From assembly GCA_963720545.1 (NCBI GenBank), contig OY970399.1, positions 32,001-96,000 of the forward strand: 64,000 nucleotides of DNA, written 5' to 3'. Below are positions 11,584 to 22,946 of the stretch, piece after piece (the first letter of the stretch is position 1; every line of letters starts with the position of its first letter). The notes beneath the pieces were generated by a model. It ran no database searches. It was not told the origin of the DNA and worked only from the letters and a program-made list of their open reading frames with translations. Origin of the DNA: an uncultured Acidobacteriota bacterium. Lineage in GTDB: Bacteria; Acidobacteriota; Vicinamibacteria; Fen-336. A program made the translations under genes and the position numbers.

Positions 11584-12885
11584 TTGAGGCTGGCCGTCGT
11601 CGGTAGCGGATATGTCGGACTGGTGGTGGGCGCGTGCTTCGCCGACTACGGCAATGACGTGACCTGCGTCGACGCCGATGCGCGCAAGATCCAGGCGCTG
11701 CGCGGCGGCCAGATCCCGATCTACGAACCCGGCCTGCAGGAGATGGTGCAACGCAACGCCGCGGAGGATCGGCTCCAGTTCACCACCGACCTGGCCGAGG
11801 CGGTCCGCTCCGCCGAGATCATCTTCATCGCGGTGGGTACGCCGCAGGACGAAGACGGCTCCGCCGACCTGCGCCACGTGCTGGCGGTTGCCGACGGCAT
11901 CGGCAAGGCCATGAACGAGCCGAAGATCGTGATCAACAAGAGCACCGTCCCGGTGGGCACGGCGCGGCTCGTGAAGGAACGCATCCAGTCGCTCACCAGG
12001 CACACGGTATCGGTCGTCTCGAACCCGGAGTTCCTGAAGGAAGGCGCCGCCATCGACGACTTCATCCGGCCCGACCGGGTGGTGATCGGCACCGACGAGC
12101 CGAAGACGGAAGCGGTGCTGCGGCGGCTGTACGGCCCGTTCGTGCGCACCGGCCACCCGATCCTGGTCATGGATCCGCTCTCGGCCGAGCTCACCAAGTA
12201 CGCGGCGAACGCGATGCTCGCGACGCGCATTTCCTTCATGAACGACATCGCGGCGCTCTGCGACAAGGTCGGCGCCGACGTCGCGGCGGTGCGCAACGGC
12301 ATGGGCTCCGACTCGCGCATCGGGCCGTCGTTCCTGTTCCCGGGGGTCGGCTACGGCGGCTCGTGCTTCCCCAAGGACGTGAAGGCGCTCGTCAGCATGG
12401 GCCGCCACGCCGGCACCATGATGAACGTGGCGGAGGCGGTGGAAAAGACCAACGAGCGGCAGAAGCACGCGCTGGTGCCGCGGGTGGCAGCGCATTTCGG
12501 CGGCAGCCTGAAGGGGCGCCAGATTGCCGTGTGGGGCCTGGCGTTCAAGCCGAAGACGGACGACATGCGTGAGGCGCCCTCGCTGGTCACGATCGACGGC
12601 CTGCTGGCGCAGGGCGCGCAGGTCGCGGCGTACGACCCGAAGGCAATGGCCGCGGCGAAGACCCTGCTGGGCGAAAAGATTCGCCTCGTCGCGCGTGGCT
12701 TCGACGCGCTGCGGGGCGCCGACGCGCTGCTGGTGCTCACCGAGTGGCCGGAATTTCGCGAGCCCGATTTCGGGCGGATGAAGGAGTTGATGAAGACCCC
12801 TGTGATCTTCGACGGCCGCAACCTCTATAACCCCGCGGAGCTGCGCGGCCTTGGCTTCCACTACGAAGGGATGGGCCGGCGATGA
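11584..12885 (+). CDS. ugd: UDP-glucose/GDP-mannose dehydrogenase
   Basis: GSGYVG, IAVGTP, KSTVPVG, SNPEFLKEG, GYGGSCFPKD, GLAFKPKTDDMREAP. Confidence 0.93.
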   Translation: MRLAVVGSGYVGLVVGACFADYGNDVTCVDADARKIQALRGGQIPIYEPGLQEMVQRNAAEDRLQFTTDLAEAVRSAEIIFIAVGTPQDEDGSADLRHVLAVADGIGKAMNEPKIVINKSTVPVGTARLVKERIQSLTRHTVSVVSNPEFLKEGAAIDDFIRPDRVVIGTDEPKTEAVLRRLYGPFVRTGHPILVMDPLSAELTKYAANAMLATRISFMNDIAALCDKVGADVAAVRNGMGSDSRIGPSFLFPGVGYGGSCFPKDVKALVSMGRHAGTMMNVAEAVEKTNERQKHALVPRVAAHFGGSLKGRQIAVWGLAFKPKTDDMREAPSLVTIDGLLAQGAQVAAYDPKAMAAAKTLLGEKIRLVARGFDALRGADALLVLTEWPEFREPDFGRMKELMKTPVIFDGRNLYNPAELRGLGFHYEGMGRR

Positions 12886-13874
12886 GGGTGCTCGTCACCG
12901 GCGGTGCCGGCTATATCGGCAGCCACACCGTGCGCGAGCTGCTGGACGACGGCCACGAGGTCACGATCCTCGACGACCTCTCTGCCGGGCACCGCTACAG
13001 CGTGCCGGCGGCGGCGCGCCTCGTCGAGGGCGATATCGCCAACCGCAGGGTGGTGGACGAGGCGATGGACGGCGCCGCCGTGGTCTTCCATTTCGCCGGC
13101 CTCCTGAGCGTGGGCGAGTCGGTGCGCGAACCCGGCAAGTACTACCGCGCCAACGTCGCGAGCGCCCTGACGCTGCTCGAGAGCATGCGCGAGAAGGGCA
13201 CGAGCAAGTTCGTGTTCAGTTCGAGCTGCGCCACCTACGGCATGCCGGTCACCGTGCCGATGGACGAGAGCCATCCGCAGGATCCGATCAATCCCTACGG
13301 CGCCAGCAAGCTGGTCTTCGAGCGGGTCCTTCAGGACTACGCACGCGCCGGCAAGCTGCGCGCGGTCGCCTTGCGCTACTTCAACGCCGCGGGCTGCCAC
13401 CCGGACGGCACGCTCGGCGAGGACCATGCCCCCGAGGAGCACCTCATACCGCTCGCGATCGACGCGGCACTTGGGCGGCGGCCGCCGCTCACCGTGTTCG
13501 GCGAGGACTACGACACGCCCGACGGCACCTGCATCCGCGACTACATCCACGTGAGCGACCTGGCGCGCGCGCACGTCCTGGCCCTCGGCGTGCTCGACAA
13601 GGGCGAGCCCTTCGAGGCTTTCAACCTCGGCACCGAAACCGGCACCTCGGTGCGCGAGGTCATCGACTCGGTCGCCCGCGTCTCGGGCCGCACCGTGCCC
13701 TTTGGCGTCGGTCCGCGCCGGCCGGGCGACCCGCCGCGGCTGGTGGCCGCGGCCACCCGGTCGCGCTCGCGCCTGGGCTTCGCGCCGCGCTTCGACACCA
13801 TCGACGCGATCGTGGAAACCGCCTGGAAGTGGCGCGAGGGCCACCCGGGCGGCTACCATGCCGACAGGAGATGA
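12882..13874 (+). CDS. galE: UDP-glucose 4-epimerase
   Basis: GGAGYIGSH, SSSCATYG, PINPYGASK, LRYFNAAG, DGTCIRDYIHV. Confidence 0.93.
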   Translation: MRVLVTGGAGYIGSHTVRELLDDGHEVTILDDLSAGHRYSVPAAARLVEGDIANRRVVDEAMDGAAVVFHFAGLLSVGESVREPGKYYRANVASALTLLESMREKGTSKFVFSSSCATYGMPVTVPMDESHPQDPINPYGASKLVFERVLQDYARAGKLRAVALRYFNAAGCHPDGTLGEDHAPEEHLIPLAIDAALGRRPPLTVFGEDYDTPDGTCIRDYIHVSDLARAHVLALGVLDKGEPFEAFNLGTETGTSVREVIDSVARVSGRTVPFGVGPRRPGDPPRLVAAATRSRSRLGFAPRFDTIDAIVETAWKWREGHPGGYHADRR

Positions 13875-15720
13875 GGAAATAGCGGCCACGGTACGGGCTC
13901 CGCGCACCGGACCGGAAGCCCCCCGGCAACAGCGCCCGAAGCTGCGGCGCGTCGGATCGGTGTGGAGCGAGCTGCAGCACGGGTCCGCCGACCTGCGGCG
14001 CCTGTTCGCATACACCCGCCCCTACCGCTCGCGCCTCTACCTTTCCTGGATCGCGACCATCGGCTTCGCGGCCTCGTCGGCGCTGCTCGTCTCGCGCATC
14101 AAGCCGATCTTCGACGAAGTCCTGATCCAGAGGGTCAACGTCGAGTGGATCGCGGCCAGCGTTCTGGGCCTCTACCTCGTGAAAGGGATCTGCTCGTACT
14201 TTTCGACGACGCTCGTGGCCTCGGCCGGCCAGCGCGCGGTGGCCGACCTGCGCAACGCGCTCTACGAGCACGTCCTCAACCAGTCGTTCACGGTGCTGGC
14301 GCGAACCACCACCGGTTCGCTGATGAGCCATGTCACCCAGGACGTGGAGCGCATCCAGAGCGCCGTCTCGGAGATGGCGGGCGACCTGCTCAAGGAAGGC
14401 CTGACGATCGTCGGCCTGCTGATCGTGCTCTTCTGGATGGACTGGCGGCTGGCGCTCTTCTCGCTCATCGGCATGCCGCTCGCCTACCACCCGCTGGTGC
14501 AGCTCGGGCGCAAGCTGCGTTCTTCCAGCGAGACCTCGCTGCGGCGCTGGCGCGACATCTCGGAGATCCTGCAGGAGACGATCTCCGGTTTTCGCGTCGT
14601 CAAGGCGTTCGGCATGGAAGGCTTCGAGATCGACCGCTTCCGCCGCGCCAGCGTGCGGCTGCTGAACGTCAACATGCGCATCACCCGCGCTTCCGCCATC
14701 CTGCCGCCGGTGATGGAGTTCGTCGGCGGCCTGGCGCTCGTGAGCGCCCTCTTCTACGGCAGCACCGCCATCCAGCAGGGCCGGCTCACCACCGGCGCCT
14801 TCACCGCGTTCCTCGCGGCGCTCTTCAACCTGTACACCCCGATCAAGCGGCTGTCGCGCGTGAACGCCACCCTGCAGGCGGCGCTCGCGGCCGGCTCGCG
14901 CATCTTCGAGGTGCTCGACACCCACCAGGAGATTCGCGAGGTGGCGGAGCCCGTGCAGCTGCCGCGCCTGCGCGAGCAGATCGAGTACTGCAGCGTCGGC
15001 TTCTCCTACGCCGACGGCGGCGGCGCGGTGCTCCGCCGCATCAGCTTCGCCGCGCGGCACGGCGAGGTGGTGGCGATCGTCGGCACCAGCGGCGCCGGCA
15101 AGACGACGCTCGTGAACCTGCTGCCGCGCTTCTACGACGTCACCGAGGGCGCCGTGAAGGTGGACGGGGTGGACATCCGCAGCGCCTCGCTGCGCAGCCT
15201 GCGCGACCAGATCGGCCTGGTGACGCAGGAGACGATCCTGTTCAACGACACGGTGCGCGCCAACATCGCCTACGGCCTGCGCGACATCGACGAGGCGCAG
15301 GTGGAAACCGCGGCGCGCGCGGCCTTCGCCCACGACTTCATCCTCGACCTGCCGCGCCGCTACGACACCGCCATCGGCGAGCGCGGCAGCCGCCTGTCGC
15401 TGGGCCAGCGCCAGCGCATCGCGATCGCCCGCGCCATCCTCAAGAACCCGCCGATCCTGATCCTCGACGAGGCCACCTCGGCGCTCGACTCGGAATCGGA
15501 GCGCTGGGTGCAGGAGGCGCTCTCGAACCTCATCAAGGGCCGCACCACGCTCGTGATCGCGCACCGCCTCGCGACCGTGCGCAACGCCGACCGCATCCTG
15601 GTGCTGGACGGCGGCGAGATCCGCGAGACCGGCACCCACGAGGAGCTGCTGCGCAAGCCCCACGGCATCTACAGCCGCCTCTATGAACTGCAGTTCGCAC
15701 CCGAGGACCCGGCGCTTTGA
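13858..15720 (+). CDS. MsbA-like ABC exporter (fused TMD-NBD)
   Basis: TM domain, Walker A GTSGAGKT, signature LSLGQRQR, ILILDEATSALD, IAHRL. Start uncertain (ATG 13858 or GTG 13960). Confidence 0.88.
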   Translation: MPTGDEEIAATVRAPRTGPEAPRQQRPKLRRVGSVWSELQHGSADLRRLFAYTRPYRSRLYLSWIATIGFAASSALLVSRIKPIFDEVLIQRVNVEWIAASVLGLYLVKGICSYFSTTLVASAGQRAVADLRNALYEHVLNQSFTVLARTTTGSLMSHVTQDVERIQSAVSEMAGDLLKEGLTIVGLLIVLFWMDWRLALFSLIGMPLAYHPLVQLGRKLRSSSETSLRRWRDISEILQETISGFRVVKAFGMEGFEIDRFRRASVRLLNVNMRITRASAILPPVMEFVGGLALVSALFYGSTAIQQGRLTTGAFTAFLAALFNLYTPIKRLSRVNATLQAALAAGSRIFEVLDTHQEIREVAEPVQLPRLREQIEYCSVGFSYADGGGAVLRRISFAARHGEVVAIVGTSGAGKTTLVNLLPRFYDVTEGAVKVDGVDIRSASLRSLRDQIGLVTQETILFNDTVRANIAYGLRDIDEAQVETAARAAFAHDFILDLPRRYDTAIGERGSRLSLGQRQRIAIARAILKNPPILILDEATSALDSESERWVQEALSNLIKGRTTLVIAHRLATVRNADRILVLDGGEIRETGTHEELLRKPHGIYSRLYELQFAPEDPAL

Positions 15721-16595
15721 CCGCGTCCATGACCGGCTTCGGCCACGCGACCGTCGAGCACGAGGGCGTGCGCGCCGAGGCCACCGTGCGCAGCCTCAAC
15801 CACCGCTTCCTCGAGGTGAGCTTTCGCGGCACGCGCAACCTCGCGTCGGTCGAACAGGAGGTGCGCGCCGCGGTGCAGAAGCGCCTGCAGCGCGGCCGCG
15901 TCGAGGTGAGCGTGTCGTGGGAGCGGCGCGGCGGCGGCGAACAGGACGTGCACATCGCGAACGGCATCGTCGCCGGCCTCGCGGCGCGCAGCGCCGAGAT
16001 CCGCAACCAGTACGGCATCGCCGGCGAGCTGACGATCGGCGACGTGCTGCGCTTTCCGGGTGCCGTCGAGGCGGGAGCGGAGGGCCAGTTGGATGACGCC
16101 ACGCGCGAAGCGGCGCTCGCCCTCATCACCGCGGCGCTCGACCAGGCCGCGGTGATGCGGCGGGACGAGGGCCGCCGTATCGAGGCGGTGCTGCGCACCC
16201 TCATCGCGAACATCGAGACCGCGGCGGCGCAGATCGCAACCCTCGACGGCACCGGCCGCGAGGAGCGGCGTGCGCTGCTGCGCACGCGCGTACAGGAAGT
16301 GCTCGACGCGAGCCAGCTGCAGGACGGCCGCGCGTACGCGGAGGTGGCGAAGCTGGTGGAGAAAGCCGACATCAGCGAGGAGCTGGCGCGGCTCTCGGCG
16401 CACGCGGCGGCCGCGCGCGAGGCGCTCGGCGGCAACGAGGCGTGCGGCAAGCGGCTCGACTTCCTGGCGCAGGAACTGGGCCGCGAGGCGAACACTGTGG
16501 CGAGCAAGGCCGCGAGCCTGCTGGTGGTGCACGCGGCGGTCGCCCTCAAGACGGAGATCGAAAGGTTCAGGGAACAGGTGCAGAACGTTGAGTGA
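15717..16595 (+). CDS. yicC: YicC/YloC family endoribonuclease
   Basis: [49 protein letters not shown]; lies directly before gmk. Confidence 0.92.
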   Translation: MTASMTGFGHATVEHEGVRAEATVRSLNHRFLEVSFRGTRNLASVEQEVRAAVQKRLQRGRVEVSVSWERRGGGEQDVHIANGIVAGLAARSAEIRNQYGIAGELTIGDVLRFPGAVEAGAEGQLDDATREAALALITAALDQAAVMRRDEGRRIEAVLRTLIANIETAAAQIATLDGTGREERRALLRTRVQEVLDASQLQDGRAYAEVAKLVEKADISEELARLSAHAAAAREALGGNEACGKRLDFLAQELGREANTVASKAASLLVVHAAVALKTEIERFREQVQNVE

Positions 16596-17220
16596 GTTCA
16601 CGCCCCAGGTGTTCGTCATGTCGGCGCCGTCGGGAGCGGGGAAGTCGACGATCCTCGGCGGCCTGCTGGCCTCGGTGCGCGACCTGCGTTTCTCGGTGTC
16701 GCACACCACCCGCCGCCCGCGGCAGGGGGAACAGGCCGGCATCAACTACCACTTCATCGACGAGACCGAGTTCCAGAGCCGCGTCGCGGCCAATCGCTTC
16801 CTCGAGTGGGCGCGGGTGCACGAGGCGTTCTACGGCACGAGCCTCGAGGAACTCGAGGCGGCGCGGCTGGCCGGCGCCGACATCCTGCTGGACGTCGACG
16901 TGCAGGGCGCGGCCCAGGTGCGTGCCCGCATTCCCGACATCACCTCCGTCTTCATCCTGCCGCCGTCCTACGCCGTGCTCGAGGCGCGGCTGCGGCGCCG
17001 CGGCGACGACAGCGAAGAGACGATCGCGAAGCGCCTGGAGCGGGCGGCCGAAGAGGTGCGCCACTACGGGGAGTACGACTACGTGCTGGTGAACGACGAC
17101 CTCGACTGGTGCGTTTCCGCCTTCCGCGCCGTCATCGAGGCATCCCGCCACCGGACGGCAAGACAGGACGAGCTCGCAAGGAGTATCATTGACAGCTTCG
17201 AGAAAAGGCAGGGGTCATGA
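16588..17220 (+). CDS. gmk: Guanylate kinase
   Basis: [39 protein letters not shown] start inferred. Confidence 0.93.
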   Translation: MSEFTPQVFVMSAPSGAGKSTILGGLLASVRDLRFSVSHTTRRPRQGEQAGINYHFIDETEFQSRVAANRFLEWARVHEAFYGTSLEELEAARLAGADILLDVDVQGAAQVRARIPDITSVFILPPSYAVLEARLRRRGDDSEETIAKRLERAAEEVRHYGEYDYVLVNDDLDWCVSAFRAVIEASRHRTARQDELARSIIDSFEKRQGS

Positions 17221-17441
17221 GCGAATTGTCGTATCTTGTTCTTCCCAAAGAAGTTGAAAGCAAGTTCCGTTTCATCACGGTGGCCGCACAGCGCGCCAAG
17301 CAGGTTCAGGCCGGCGCCAAGCCGCGGGTAGACGCCCGCAGCCGCAAGCCCACGCGCATCGCCATGCAGGAAGTGCTGGCCAACGCCGTTTCGTGGGAGA
17401 TGGTCGAAGCTCCCCAGACGGTACCGATCGTCCCGGAGTAA
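17217..17441 (+). CDS. rpoZ: RNA polymerase omega subunit
   Basis: [24 protein letters not shown]; gmk-rpoZ-coaBC synteny. Confidence 0.9.
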   Translation: MSELSYLVLPKEVESKFRFITVAAQRAKQVQAGAKPRVDARSRKPTRIAMQEVLANAVSWEMVEAPQTVPIVPE

Positions 17442-17447
17442 CACCCC

Positions 17448-18683
17448 GTGGCTCGCGTCGTCCTCGGCGTCAGCGGAGGGATCGGCGCTTACCGGGCGGC
17501 CGAGGTGCTGCGCGAACTGCAGCGCCGCGGCCATGACGTTCGCGTGGTGATGACCGCGAACGCCGCACGCTTCGTTTCCCCCATGACCTTCGAGGCGCTG
17601 TCGCGCCAGCCAGTGTTCCTCGACGCTTTCGCGCTCGGCGCCGATGCCTCGATGCGCCACATCTCGTTCGCCGACGAAGCCGACGTCCTGCTGGTGGCAC
17701 CCGCCACCGCCAACATCCTCGGCAAGTTCGCCAACGGCATCGCCGACGATGCGCTGACCACGCTGTACCTCGCGACCAAGGCGCCGGTGGTGGTGGCACC
17801 CGCCATGAACGTCAACATGTTCGAGCACCCGGCGGTGATCGCGAACCTCGCCACGCTGCGCGCACGCGGCGTGGCGGTGGTGGAGCCCGGCGAGGGCTAT
17901 CTCGCGTGCGGCTGGCTCGGCAAGGGCCGGCTCGCCGACGTGAAGGAGATCGCAAACGGCGCGGAGGCGGCGCTCGGCGGCGCCATCGCGCAACCGCCAC
18001 GGGACCTCGACGGCGTGTCGGTGCTCGTGACCGCCGGACCGACCGTCGAAGACCTCGACCCGGTGCGCTTCCTCTCGAACCGCTCCTCGGGTCGCATGGG
18101 GTACGCCGTGGCCGAAGCCGCGCGCGACCGCGGCGCCCGCGTGGCGCTCGTCAGCGGGCCCACGAGCCTCGAGGTGCCGGGCGGCATCGAGTTCACTGCC
18201 GTGCGTTCCGCGGTGGAGATGGAGGCGGCGGTGCGAGCGCTCGCAGACCGCGCCGACGTGGTGGTGATGGCGGCTGCCGTCTCCGACTACAGGCCCGAGA
18301 CCGTTGCGAAGGAGAAGCTGAAGAAGGGCCAAGGTGACGCCGACGCCGACGCGGCGCTGCGGCTGGTGCGCAACCCCGACATCCTCGCCGGCCTCGGCGC
18401 CGCCAAGGCCGGGCGCTTCCTCGTCGGCTTCGCGGCCGAGACGAACAACGTACTCGAGCATGCCGCCGACAAGCTGCGGCGCAAGGGGCTCGACCTGATC
18501 GTTGCCAACGACGTCTCGGCGGGCGACCGGGGCTTTGCCGCGCCCGACAATGCCGCGGTGCTCCTCGATGCTTCCGGCGGACGCCTGAGCGTGCCCCTCG
18601 TCTCGAAGCGCGAGCTGGCGGAGCGGATCTGGGACAAGGTGGTGGCGCTGCGCGCCGTGCGCACGCCGCAGGGAGCGTCGTGA
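17448..18683 (+). CDS. coaBC: Phosphopantothenoylcysteine decarboxylase / phosphopantothenate-cysteine ligase
   Basis: [52 protein letters not shown]. Confidence 0.95.
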   Translation: MARVVLGVSGGIGAYRAAEVLRELQRRGHDVRVVMTANAARFVSPMTFEALSRQPVFLDAFALGADASMRHISFADEADVLLVAPATANILGKFANGIADDALTTLYLATKAPVVVAPAMNVNMFEHPAVIANLATLRARGVAVVEPGEGYLACGWLGKGRLADVKEIANGAEAALGGAIAQPPRDLDGVSVLVTAGPTVEDLDPVRFLSNRSSGRMGYAVAEAARDRGARVALVSGPTSLEVPGGIEFTAVRSAVEMEAAVRALADRADVVVMAAAVSDYRPETVAKEKLKKGQGDADADAALRLVRNPDILAGLGAAKAGRFLVGFAAETNNVLEHAADKLRRKGLDLIVANDVSAGDRGFAAPDNAAVLLDASGGRLSVPLVSKRELAERIWDKVVALRAVRTPQGAS

Positions 18684-18723
18684 ACCAGGACGAGCTGCGC
18701 TCGTGAACCAGGACGAACTGCGC
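18678..18723 (+). repeat. 23-bp tandem duplication at the coaBC-udg junction
   Basis: tcgtgaaccaggacgagctgcgc followed by tcgtgaaccaggacgaactgcgc (1 mismatch). Confidence 0.9.
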
Positions 18724-19419
18724 GCCGACCTGGCCGAGCACGCGAAGTTTTTCGGCGAACTGACGGAGATGGGCGCGCCGCGCATCGCGCCGCCCGCGCG
18801 AACCACACCGGCCGTGCAGCCTGCAACAGCGGCGCGTACCGCGCCTGTTGCGGTTGCGGCCGCCGCACAGGCCGATGCCCTCACGGCGGTGCGGACAGAC
18901 CTCGGCGACTGCACGCGCTGCAAGCTCAGCGGCACTCGCAAGAACATCGTCTTCGGCCAGGGCAACCCCGCCGCGCGCCTGATGTTCGTGGGCGAGGCGC
19001 CGGGCGCCGACGAGGACGAGCAGGGCCTCGCGTTCGTCGGCCGCGCCGGCAAGCTGCTCACCGACATCATCGCCGCGATGGGCTACACGCGCGACGACGT
19101 CTACATCGCCAACATCCTCAAGTGCCGGCCGCCGGGCAACCGCAATCCCGAGCCCGACGAGATCGGCTCCTGCCAGCCGTTCCTCGAGCGCCAGATCGAC
19201 GCGATCAAGCCCGAGGTGCTGGTGGGCCTCGGCAAGTTCCCGGGACAGTGGCTGCTGCGCACCACCGACCCGATCTCGAGGATCCGCGGCGTGCTGGGCG
19301 AGTACCGCGGCATCAAGGTGATGCCCACGTATCATCCGGCCTACCTGCTGCGCAACCCGGCCGCGAAGAAGGACGTGTGGAAGGACATGAAGGTCGTCAT
19401 GTCCTTGCTGCAGGGCTAG
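18703..19419 (+). CDS. Uracil-DNA glycosylase family 4 (Fe-S)
   Basis: [32 protein letters not shown]. Confidence 0.92.
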   Translation: MNQDELRADLAEHAKFFGELTEMGAPRIAPPARTTPAVQPATAARTAPVAVAAAAQADALTAVRTDLGDCTRCKLSGTRKNIVFGQGNPAARLMFVGEAPGADEDEQGLAFVGRAGKLLTDIIAAMGYTRDDVYIANILKCRPPGNRNPEPDEIGSCQPFLERQIDAIKPEVLVGLGKFPGQWLLRTTDPISRIRGVLGEYRGIKVMPTYHPAYLLRNPAAKKDVWKDMKVVMSLLQG

Positions 19420-19462
19420 CGTCCGGTCCTTCCCGGGCCTGCGGCGACCGTAGATTGAAGCC

Positions 19463-21686
19463 ATGAGCGCGGCGCAGCCCGAGGAGTCCGTGTCGGTGGC
19501 GGTGCCGCTGCCGGTGCAGGGGCCCTTCGACTACTCGCTGCCGCCCGGCATGGCGGCGCCGGGACGCGGCTGCCGGGTTCGCGTGCCGTTCGGCCCGCGC
19601 AAGCTCGTCGGCGTCGTCACCACGCGACACTCGGGGGACCCTCCTGCCGGCGCGCTGAAGCCGATCCTCGACGTCCTCGACGAGCGCCCCCTGGTTTCCG
19701 AGTCGCTCCTCGATCTCGCGGAGTTCGTCTCCGACCACTACCTGGCGCCCATCGGCGAGTGCTACCGGCTCGTGCTGCCGTTCCACGGCCTGGCCCGTCG
19801 CGGCAAGACCACAGCGGCTCGCGAGGTGCAGCGGGCAGTGCTGGTGACGGACGGCGGCGAGCCGCCTGGCAAGCCGCCGGGCGCAGCTCAGGCGCGCGTC
19901 CTCGCGGCGCTGCGCAGCGCCGGCGGCTCGATGAGCGTCGCCGATCTCGCTCGCGACGACAGTGCGGCACGCGGTGCTTTGCAGCGGCTCGCGGCGAAGG
20001 GCCTCGTGCGGCTCGAGAGCGAACGCGTCATGCGCTCCCCGGCGGTGCTGGCCGGCGAAGGGAAAGCGCCGTTCACGGCTACCGCGGAACAGTTGCAGGC
20101 TGTGGAGGCGATCGCGGCCGGCCTCGCGTCGAACGCATTCGCGCCGTTCCTGCTACACGGCGTCACCGGCAGCGGCAAGACCGAGGTCTACTTCCGCGCC
20201 GCCGAGCTGGCACTCGCCGCTGGCCGGGGCGTCCTCATCCTGGTCCCCGAGATAGCGCTCACGCCGTTCCTGGTGCGCGCCGCGAAGCACCGCTTCGGCG
20301 ATTCGGTGGCGGTGCTGCACAGCGAGCTGTCGATGGGCGAACGGTACGACCAGTGGTGGATGATCCGCGAAGGCCAGAGCCGCGTGGTCGTGGGCGCTCG
20401 TTCGGCGGTGTTCGCACCCATCCCGAACCTCGGGCTCATCTGCGTTGACGAAGAGCATGAGAGCGCCTACAAACAGGAAGAGAACCCGCGCTATCACGGC
20501 CGCGACCTCGCAGTGGCGCGCGCGCAAATGGAGAAGGCGGTGGTGGTGCTGGGTTCGGCGACGCCTTCGGTCGAGTCCTACGACAACGCGGCGAAGGGCA
20601 AGTACACAGAAACTCACACTCAAGCAGCGCGCCGGCGCCTCGGGCCTGCCGGCAGTGTCGATCGTGGACCGCCGTGCCGCGGCGAAGGCTGGTGACGACC
20701 AGTTCCTGACCAGGCCGCTCCGCGAAGCGCTCGAAGCGCGGCTCTCCCGCAAGGAACAGTCTTTGCTGCTCCTCAACCGCCGCGGCTTCGCCACGAGCCT
20801 GCTGTGCCGCGAGTGCGGCGTGCAGCTCAACTGCCAGAACTGTTCAGTGCTGCTCGCCATCCACCACGGCGGCGCGCGCGCGATGTGCCACTACTGTGGC
20901 TTCGAGTGCCAGACCCCGCAGAGCTGCGGCGCCTGCAAGGGCTCGTACATGAAGCTCTCCGGCTATGGCACCGAGCAGCTCGCCGAGATCGTCTCGCGCT
21001 CGTATCCGCAGGCACGAATCGCGCGCCTCGACCGCGACGTGGTGCGCCGCCGCGGCGAGCTCGCGAAGTTGCTGCGCGCCTTCGAGCTGGGCGAAACCGA
21101 CATCCTCGTGGGCACGCAGATGATCGCCAAGGGCCACGACTTCCCGCGCGTCACCCTGGTCGGCGTCGTCGATGCCGATGTTGGGCTCGGCATGCCCGAC
21201 TTCCGCGCAGCCGAACGCACCTTCCAGCTGCTCACCCAGGTCGCCGGCCGCGCCGGGCGCCAGGACCTCGCCGGCGAGGTGATCCTGCAGTCGCACATGC
21301 CCGACCACTACGCGCTGCAGTTCGCGCTCGAGCAGGACTACGAGGGCTTCTTCGCGCGCGAGATCGAGCACCGCGCCACCATGGCCTATCCGCCGCGCGC
21401 CGCCCTCATCAACCTGGTGTTCGCCGCCCGCAAGGCGCAGGACGCGCAGGAGCACTCGGCCTTCGTCGCGCGCGAGCTGCGCGCGCAGGCCAACCGCCGC
21501 TTCATGGTGCTGGGCCCGGCGCGCGCCCCGCTGGCGCGGCTGCGGCAAGACCATCGCTTCCAGATCCTGTTGAAGGGTTCGCGCGCGCCGATGCGCGAGG
21601 CGGTGAAGCGGGTGCTGGTGGCGCGCTTCGGGGCGCAGCGCTGGCCCGGCGTCACGGTAGACGTCGACCCGATCAGCGTGATGTGA
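19463..21686 (+). CDS. priA: Primosomal protein N' (apparent single-base frameshift near 20605)
   Basis: GVTGSGKT, DEEH and SATPS lie in ORF 19463-20695; NRRGF, four CxxC pairs and GTQMIAKGHDF lie in ORF 20445-21686. Confidence 0.92.
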
Positions 21687-22578
21687 AGAGTTCGCGGAAC
21701 AGCGCGCCGGCGTCGTGCCAGTTGAGCAGGAACGGGCTGGGCAGGAACGAGACCACGAACACGGCGAGGCCGAAGAGCGCCACCAGCGGGCGGCCGCGGC
21801 CGATGGGGGAGTACTCGTCGATTGCGCGCGGGTGGCGGAAGCCGAGGATGCGCATCAGTACGACCCAAAGGATGAAGGTCGGCCCGAACCACAGGATCAT
21901 CGCGATCGCCGCCCACCAGACTGCCCTCGAGATCTTCTCGGCGCGGCTGCCGAAGAGCGCGTGGGTGACGTGGCCACCGTCGAGCTGGCCCACCGGCATC
22001 AGGTTGAGGGCGGTCACCAGCAAGCCGAACCAGGCGGCGAGCCAGAACGGGCCCGCGAGCGTCACCGTGCCGGCGGGCGCGGGACGCAGCAGCGCGAACG
22101 CCCACTGCATCAGCAGCGGCTCGCCGAAGGTGATGCCGCCCTCCATGGCCTGCGCCTGCGCCAGCGGAATGAAGCGCGCCTCGTGAACGCCGAGCCACAG
22201 CACCGGCAGCAGTGCCACGAATCCGGCGAGCGGGCCGGCGATGCCGATGTCGAACAGCGCCTTGCGGTTGGGAAACGGGCTGCGGATGCGGATGACGGCG
22301 CCGAAGGTCCCTATGAAGCTGAGGGGCAGCCAGGGTGCCGCCCAGCTGAAGGCAACCGGAATCCAGGGCGAGGGGATGAAGAAGGGCAGGGTCGCGTCCA
22401 CTCGGTAGTAGCGGCAGGCGAGGTAGTGGCCCATCTCGTGGCAGAAAAGGATCGGGATGAGGCCGAGGGCGAGGTGGAAGCCGGACGACCACTGGCCGTC
22501 GAGCCTGCCGGCGAACACGACCGACACGATCGTGAGGATGAACAGCACGGCGTGACGGCCGTACCGCTGCCACGTCAA
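21673..22578 (-). CDS. Site-2 protease (M50 membrane metalloprotease)
   Basis: HEMGH, AGPLAG, NLMPVGQLDGGH. Confidence 0.9.
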   Translation of the reverse strand: MTWQRYGRHAVLFILTIVSVVFAGRLDGQWSSGFHLALGLIPILFCHEMGHYLACRYYRVDATLPFFIPSPWIPVAFSWAAPWLPLSFIGTFGAVIRIRSPFPNRKALFDIGIAGPLAGFVALLPVLWLGVHEARFIPLAQAQAMEGGITFGEPLLMQWAFALLRPAPAGTVTLAGPFWLAAWFGLLVTALNLMPVGQLDGGHVTHALFGSRAEKISRAVWWAAIAMILWFGPTFILWVVLMRILGFRHPRAIDEYSPIGRGRPLVALFGLAVFVVSFLPSPFLLNWHDAGALFRELFTSR

Positions 22579-22590
22579 GGGGAGCGCCGC

Positions 22591-22863
22591 TTACTGGGGG
22601 AGCTGCTGGAGGTCTTTGCCGGGCTTGAAGCGGATGGTGCGCCCCGGCGGGATGCGCACCTCCTTGCCGGTGCGCGGGTTGCGGCCGATGCCGCGCTTCC
22701 GCGGCTTCACCTGGAACACGCCGAACCCCCGCAATTCGATCCGCTCGCCACGCATCATCGACGCCTTCATCGCATCGAGAACCGCCTCGACCGCATGCTC
22801 GGCGCGCACCTTGGTGATGTCCGCGGCGCGCGAAACCTCGTTGATGATGTCCATCTTGATCAT
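22591..22863 (-). CDS. HU/IHF family DNA-binding protein
   Basis: IELRGFGVF..GRNPRTG..IRFKPGK. ATG 22863 preceded by AAGGAG. Confidence 0.9.
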   Translation of the reverse strand: MIKMDIINEVSRAADITKVRAEHAVEAVLDAMKASMMRGERIELRGFGVFQVKPRKRGIGRNPRTGKEVRIPPGRTIRFKPGKDLQQLPQ

Positions 22864-22894
22864 GGGGGACTGGCGCTCCTTGGACGGTACCCGT

Positions 22895-22924
22895 ATTATG
22901 TGACTCCGCCGCAAGCAGTGTCAA
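22895..22924 (-). promoter_or_regulatory. Putative sigma70 promoter of the HU/IHF gene
   Basis: Minus strand TTGACA-N18-CATAAT. Confidence 0.6.
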
Positions 22925-22946
22925 ATAAAGGATTTAGCGCCCTTCA

